Source: an uncultured Gammaproteobacteria bacterium (lineage in GTDB: Bacteria; Patescibacteriota; Patescibacteriia; Patescibacteriales; UBA12465). Taken from it: a stretch of 64,000 nucleotides of DNA. Below the pieces are notes generated by a model that made no database searches, was not told where the DNA came from, and saw only the letters and a list, made by a program, of their open reading frames with translations. Below are positions 60,299-64,000 of this stretch, piece after piece. The stretch's first letter is position 1; each line of letters begins with the position of its first letter. A program made the translations under genes and the position numbers. The stretch lies in contig CAYPAP010000001.1 in NCBI GenBank assembly GCA_964408775.1, positions 21,404-85,403 of the forward strand, given 5' to 3'.

Positions 60299-61111
60299 TT
60301 ATTCTTTATCTTTCTTAGCTTTTGATTTAGAGCTGCTTTTCTTGGGCTTTTCTTCCTTCACTTCTTCTACTTCCTCTACTATCACCTCTTCTGATTCATC
60401 TGAAGTGCTAGAGGATTCAGTGATACCAATTAAGGAATTAAATTGCTCAATAAGAATTTTAACTGAACTCTCGAAAGCTTCTTTAACTGAAATTGAGCCA
60501 TCGGTTTTAATATCTAAAATCAATTTATCCCAATTAGTCATTTTACCAACACGAACATTTTCAACTTTATAACTAACTCCAACTACTGGAGAAAAAATAG
60601 AATCAATATCAATATAATCAACCTCTTTAATTTCTTTTTTATTCTTTTCGGCTAAAACATAGCCCCGGCCATTAGTTACATAAATTTCCATAGCTAAGTT
60701 ACCAGTAGAGTCTGTTATAGTTGCTAAAACCAGGTCCTCATTAATTATCTGAACCTGACTATTCTTTTTAATATCTTTGGCAGTAACCTGCTTCTTACCT
60801 TGGGTATTTAATTCTAACTTAATAATATCATCGCTATCATTTAATATTTTTAAGCGAAGTTGTTTTAAGTTCAAAATAATATCGACCACATCTTCTTTAA
60901 TCCCGGTTAAGGCCATAAACTCATGTTTAGCCCCCTTAATCTTCGCCCCAATTACAGCTGATCCTGATAAAGATGAAAGCAAAACTCGACGCAAAGAATT
61001 ACCAATAGTATTCCCGTACCCTGGAAACAAAGGCTCAATAATAACTAATTCCTCATTAGCGCTTCCATTGTTTTTAAATTCAATTTTTTTAGGTAAGGCA
61101 ATTTTTTCCAT
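60299..61111 (-). CDS. rpoA: RNA polymerase alpha subunit (no alpha-CTD)
   Basis: EPLFPGYGNTIGNSLRRVLLSSL, HEF, DSIFSPV, VENVRVG. Confidence 0.96.
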   Translation of the reverse strand: MEKIALPKKIEFKNNGSANEELVIIEPLFPGYGNTIGNSLRRVLLSSLSGSAVIGAKIKGAKHEFMALTGIKEDVVDIILNLKQLRLKILNDSDDIIKLELNTQGKKQVTAKDIKKNSQVQIINEDLVLATITDSTGNLAMEIYVTNGRGYVLAEKNKKEIKEVDYIDIDSIFSPVVGVSYKVENVRVGKMTNWDKLILDIKTDGSISVKEAFESSVKILIEQFNSLIGITESSSTSDESEEVIVEEVEEVKEEKPKKSSSKSKAKKDKE

Positions 61112-61156
61112 ATTTTTTTTATTAATATTTAAATATTCTTTAAAAAATATTTAACT

Positions 61157-61792
61157 TTATTTAGAGTAAAACTCAATAATCATATGAGTTTTTATATTTA
61201 ATGGCAAATCTTGGGCTCGAGGTTCATGCAAAACCTTAACTGACAAATCTTTAACATCCAATGCTAACCAACTTTTTTGATCGGCCGCTAAACTTTTTAG
61301 TTTTTCTGGAAGGTCTCTAAAATGTTTATCATTTTTAGAGGTCTTTTTAACTCTAATAACCTGGCCTATTTTTACTTGATAAGAAGGGATATTAACTTTT
61401 CTGTCATTAACCATAAAATGTCCGTGATTCACTAATTGTCTGGCCTGGGATCGAGAAGAGGCTAGTCCAGAACGATAAATAACATTGTCCAAGCGCATTT
61501 CAAGATATCTAAGAAAATTTGAACCAACATCACCACCCTTTTTCTGAACCTTAGCAAAAGATATTCTAAATTGACTTTCATTTAAACCATAAGACTTACG
61601 AGCTTTTTGTTTTTCGTTTAGTTGTAAGCCGTAATCGCTTAATCTTTTTTTACCTTTAGGGCCATGAGGACCTGGAGCATAATTTCTTTTAACCATGGCG
61701 CACTTAGCAGAAAAACACCTCTCTCCTTTAAGAAAAAGCTTTTCTCCGATTCGACGACATTGCTTGCATTTTGCATCTAAATTTTTTCCCAT
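61157..61792 (-). CDS. rpsD: 30S ribosomal protein S4 (zinc-binding type)
   Basis: CKQCRR...C...C; LEMRLDN; ARQLVNHGH; IEFYSK. Confidence 0.98.
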   Translation of the reverse strand: MGKNLDAKCKQCRRIGEKLFLKGERCFSAKCAMVKRNYAPGPHGPKGKKRLSDYGLQLNEKQKARKSYGLNESQFRISFAKVQKKGGDVGSNFLRYLEMRLDNVIYRSGLASSRSQARQLVNHGHFMVNDRKVNIPSYQVKIGQVIRVKKTSKNDKHFRDLPEKLKSLAADQKSWLALDVKDLSVKVLHEPRAQDLPLNIKTHMIIEFYSK

Positions 61793-61816
61793 ATTTATAA
61801 TTATTAATAGATTATA

Positions 61817-62452
61817 TTAAACTCGACGTGGTTTTTTAGGTCGACATCCATTATGAGGAACGGCAGTGATATCTTTAATGCTAACAATTTCTAAACCATT
61901 GGCATTTAAAGCTCTAACAGCAGCTTCTCTACCAGTTCCAACTCCAGCCACATAAACCTTAACCTCTTCTAGGCCATATTCTTCCCTGGCCTTTAATGCC
62001 GCAATTTTAACTATAATCTGAGCAGCATAAGGTGTGGCCTTTTTAGCCCCCTTAAAACCGGCTACTCCCGCACTAGCCCAAGAAATAACATTACCACTTT
62101 TATCAGTTAAGGAAACTATAGTGTTGTTATAAGTAGCATTGATATAAACATGTCCTGATTTAACCTTAACGATATCCTTTTTCTTTCTTTTTTTGATTAA
62201 CTTCTTTTTGCTTCGAGCTTGTTTATTTTTCTCTAATTTTTGTTTTATTTCCTCCGGTAAATCCTCAACTTCATTTTTGTTTTCACTCTTTACTTCATCA
62301 TCAGAAAATAAATCATCGTCGACTGAATCAAAATCACCGACTGTAATATTTTCTTCTGCTTTTTTTCCTTCAGACTTTTTTTCGCTGGAAACTTCTTTTT
62401 CTACCTTTTCCGGCAAATCCTTATTGTCTTGATCTTTTTTTTCTTCACTCAT
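61817..62452 (-). CDS. rpsK: 30S ribosomal protein S11 with long charged N-terminal extension
   Basis: [22 protein letters not shown]. Confidence 0.96.
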   Translation of the reverse strand: MSEEKKDQDNKDLPEKVEKEVSSEKKSEGKKAEENITVGDFDSVDDDLFSDDEVKSENKNEVEDLPEEIKQKLEKNKQARSKKKLIKKRKKKDIVKVKSGHVYINATYNNTIVSLTDKSGNVISWASAGVAGFKGAKKATPYAAQIIVKIAALKAREEYGLEEVKVYVAGVGTGREAAVRALNANGLEIVSIKDITAVPHNGCRPKKPRRV

Positions 62453-62482
62453 ATTTATAAAATATTATATATTAATTTTAAA

Positions 62483-62878
62483 TTAAGTCTTTTGACTACC
62501 AGCCTTGTTTTTTCCTGATCCTAAGGTTGTTCTTCTGTTTCCACGAACAGTTCGACTATTAGTTTTAGTTCTTTGACCGTGAACTGGTAATTTCTTGGTG
62601 TGGCAAGTCCCTTTGCGAGAACCAACTTCTTTTAAGCGCTTAATATTACTAGCGACTTCGCGACGCAAATCACCTTCGGTAATATACTTTTTCTCTATTA
62701 TATCACGCAAAGTATTGATTTCTGATTCTTTTAAGTCCTTGACTCTAGTGTTTGGGTCTATTTTAGCACTAATTAAAATATCTTTAGAAAATTTTGGGCC
62801 GACTCCATAAACATAAGTCAGGGCGATCACAACTCTTTTGTCGGTAGGAATATTTATTCCAGCTATTCTTACTATCAT
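62483..62878 (-). CDS. rpsM: 30S ribosomal protein S13
   Basis: RIAGINIP, EGDLRRE, LPVHGQRTKTNSRT. Confidence 0.97.
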   Translation of the reverse strand: MIVRIAGINIPTDKRVVIALTYVYGVGPKFSKDILISAKIDPNTRVKDLKESEINTLRDIIEKKYITEGDLRREVASNIKRLKEVGSRKGTCHTKKLPVHGQRTKTNSRTVRGNRRTTLGSGKNKAGSQKT

Positions 62879-62913
62879 AATTTTTATTCTTAATAAGTTT
62901 AATAATAAATCAA

Positions 62914-63027
62914 TTAACCCTGACGTTGCTTGTGTTTCGGGGTTTTGCAGATAACATAAACTCGTCCCTTGCGACGAACTATTTTACAATCTTTACAAAT
63001 TTTCTTGGCGCTAGCTCTAACCTTCAT
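62914..63027 (-). CDS. rpmJ: 50S ribosomal protein L36 (absent from the ORF track)
   Basis: translated by hand: [37 protein letters not shown]. Confidence 0.97.
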   Translation of the reverse strand: MKVRASAKKICKDCKIVRRKGRVYVICKTPKHKQRQG

Positions 63028-63090
63028 AAGCAATATATACAAAACAGTAAAAAATCAGATTTCAACTGCTTTTTAAATTAATAAAAAATT

Positions 63091-63330
63091 CTACAAGCGG
63101 AAAGTCACTCTTCCCTTGCTTAGGTCATAAGGACTCATTTGAACCTTAACCTTATCTCCGGGAAGAAGTCTAATTTTATTCATCCGCATTTTACCAGACA
63201 AATGACCTAAAATTTCATGACCATTTTCTAATTTGATCTTGAAACTAGCCGCTGGCATCAACTCCAAAACTTCACCTCTTAATTCGATAAAGTCTTTAGA
63301 ATCCATTGTTGGGTTGTCATTATTATTCAT
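63091..63330 (-). CDS. infA: translation initiation factor IF-1
   Basis: [30 protein letters not shown]; start at 63330 or 63306. Confidence 0.96.
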   Translation of the reverse strand: MNNNDNPTMDSKDFIELRGEVLELMPAASFKIKLENGHEILGHLSGKMRMNKIRLLPGDKVKVQMSPYDLSKGRVTFRL

Positions 63331-63415
63331 TAACACAAAAAACTTTGATAAAGAAAATCTTTATCAAAATTCTAAAAAATACAAAAATAAATATTTACGC
63401 AATATTTATAGAGTA

Positions 63416-63444
63416 ATTATATATTTATTTACTAATATTGTCAA
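63416..63444 (-). promoter_or_regulatory. consensus sigma70 promoter of the infA/alpha operon
   Basis: TTGACA-N17-TATAAT on the minus strand, overlapping the alaS 3' end. Confidence 0.85.
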
Positions 63445-64000
63445 GAGAGCTTAAAATAGCCTTAATTCGCCTAACTCCAGCACTAGAACTTTCCTCTTTT
63501 TGTATCTTAAAATCGCCCAAATCAGCCAAATTATCAACATGAGGACCACCGCAAATTTCTCTAGAAAAAATATCTCGACTTAAAGATGAAAAATCACCAA
63601 TAATATAAACTTTAACTTTTTCACCGTAACGAGCTTCAAAAACTCCGGTGGCTCCAATCTTTTTAGCCTCCTCTACGGTCATTTCCTCATATTTAACTTG
63701 ATATTTTTTAGAAATAGCTGAGTTAACAATATCTTCAACTTCTTTTTTTTGTTCATCAGTCATTTTCTCGCCATGAGAAAAATCAAATCTTAAGCGCTCG
63801 GCTGTGATGTTGCTCCCCCTCTGCTCAACATGAGGCCCTAAAACTTTTCTTAGAGCTTCTAATAATAAATGAGAGGCGGTGTGTAATTTGGTTGTAGCCT
63901 CACTTTGATCGGCTAATCCACCTTTAAATTTTCCGGCGCTGGCAGTTTTTGATAATTCTTGGTGCTTTGTCATCGCTAATTGATATTCACTTAGAAAATC
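63425..64000 (-). CDS. alaS: alanine--tRNA ligase, 3' part (5' end outside the window); ends right after the editing domain
   Basis: HTASHLL, RLRFDF, EICGGPHV, SSAGVRRIKA. Confidence 0.92.
   Translation of the reverse strand, partial: DFLSEYQLAMTKHQELSKTASAGKFKGGLADQSEATTKLHTASHLLLEALRKVLGPHVEQRGSNITAERLRFDFSHGEKMTDEQKKEVEDIVNSAISKKYQVKYEEMTVEEAKKIGATGVFEARYGEKVKVYIIGDFSSLSRDIFSREICGGPHVDNLADLGDFKIQKEESSSAGVRRIKAILSSLDNISK

Overview
AT-rich bacterial chromosome segment, inferred to come from Patescibacteria/CPR (Parcubacteria/ABY1-like). The inference rests on the short AlaRS and L13, truncated TsaB, RpoA lacking its CTD, DUF4012, the sigma4/HARE-HTH protein and multiple pilins. It uses the standard genetic code and almost all genes lie on the minus strand. 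Core content: a str operon split by accessory genes (rpsL-rpsG-fusA | pilin, ORF | tuf-rpsJ), the mraZ-rsmH-ftsL-PBP-murF-prfB cluster, thrS, rplY, rodA, iscS/iscU, a CCA enzyme, rpsB-tsf, cysS, tgt, dus, glycosyltransferases and the alpha operon (infA to rpsI), ending in a partial alaS. Most notable observations: (1) a decayed integron-like module inserted between iscS and iscU, comprising a frameshifted short XerD-like integrase, attC/attI-like GC-rich sites and a pentapeptide-repeat gene; (2) a gap-linked minimal two-subunit [FeFe]-hydrogenase with non-bifurcating signatures and no maturases in view; (3) a 64-aa ORF resembling BrfA/ArfA ribosome-rescue factors; (4) two pilins sharing a chassis but carrying different tip domains, one with a DGR-type variable region; (5) an in-frame tsaB/secreted-protein fusion that depends on the length of an A8 run; (6) several families of intergenic palindromic elements embedded in 9-bp periodic tracts; (7) a Tgt lacking its zinc ligands. 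No rRNA, tRNA or CRISPR array was seen. All family assignments come from motif recognition by eye, not database searches.
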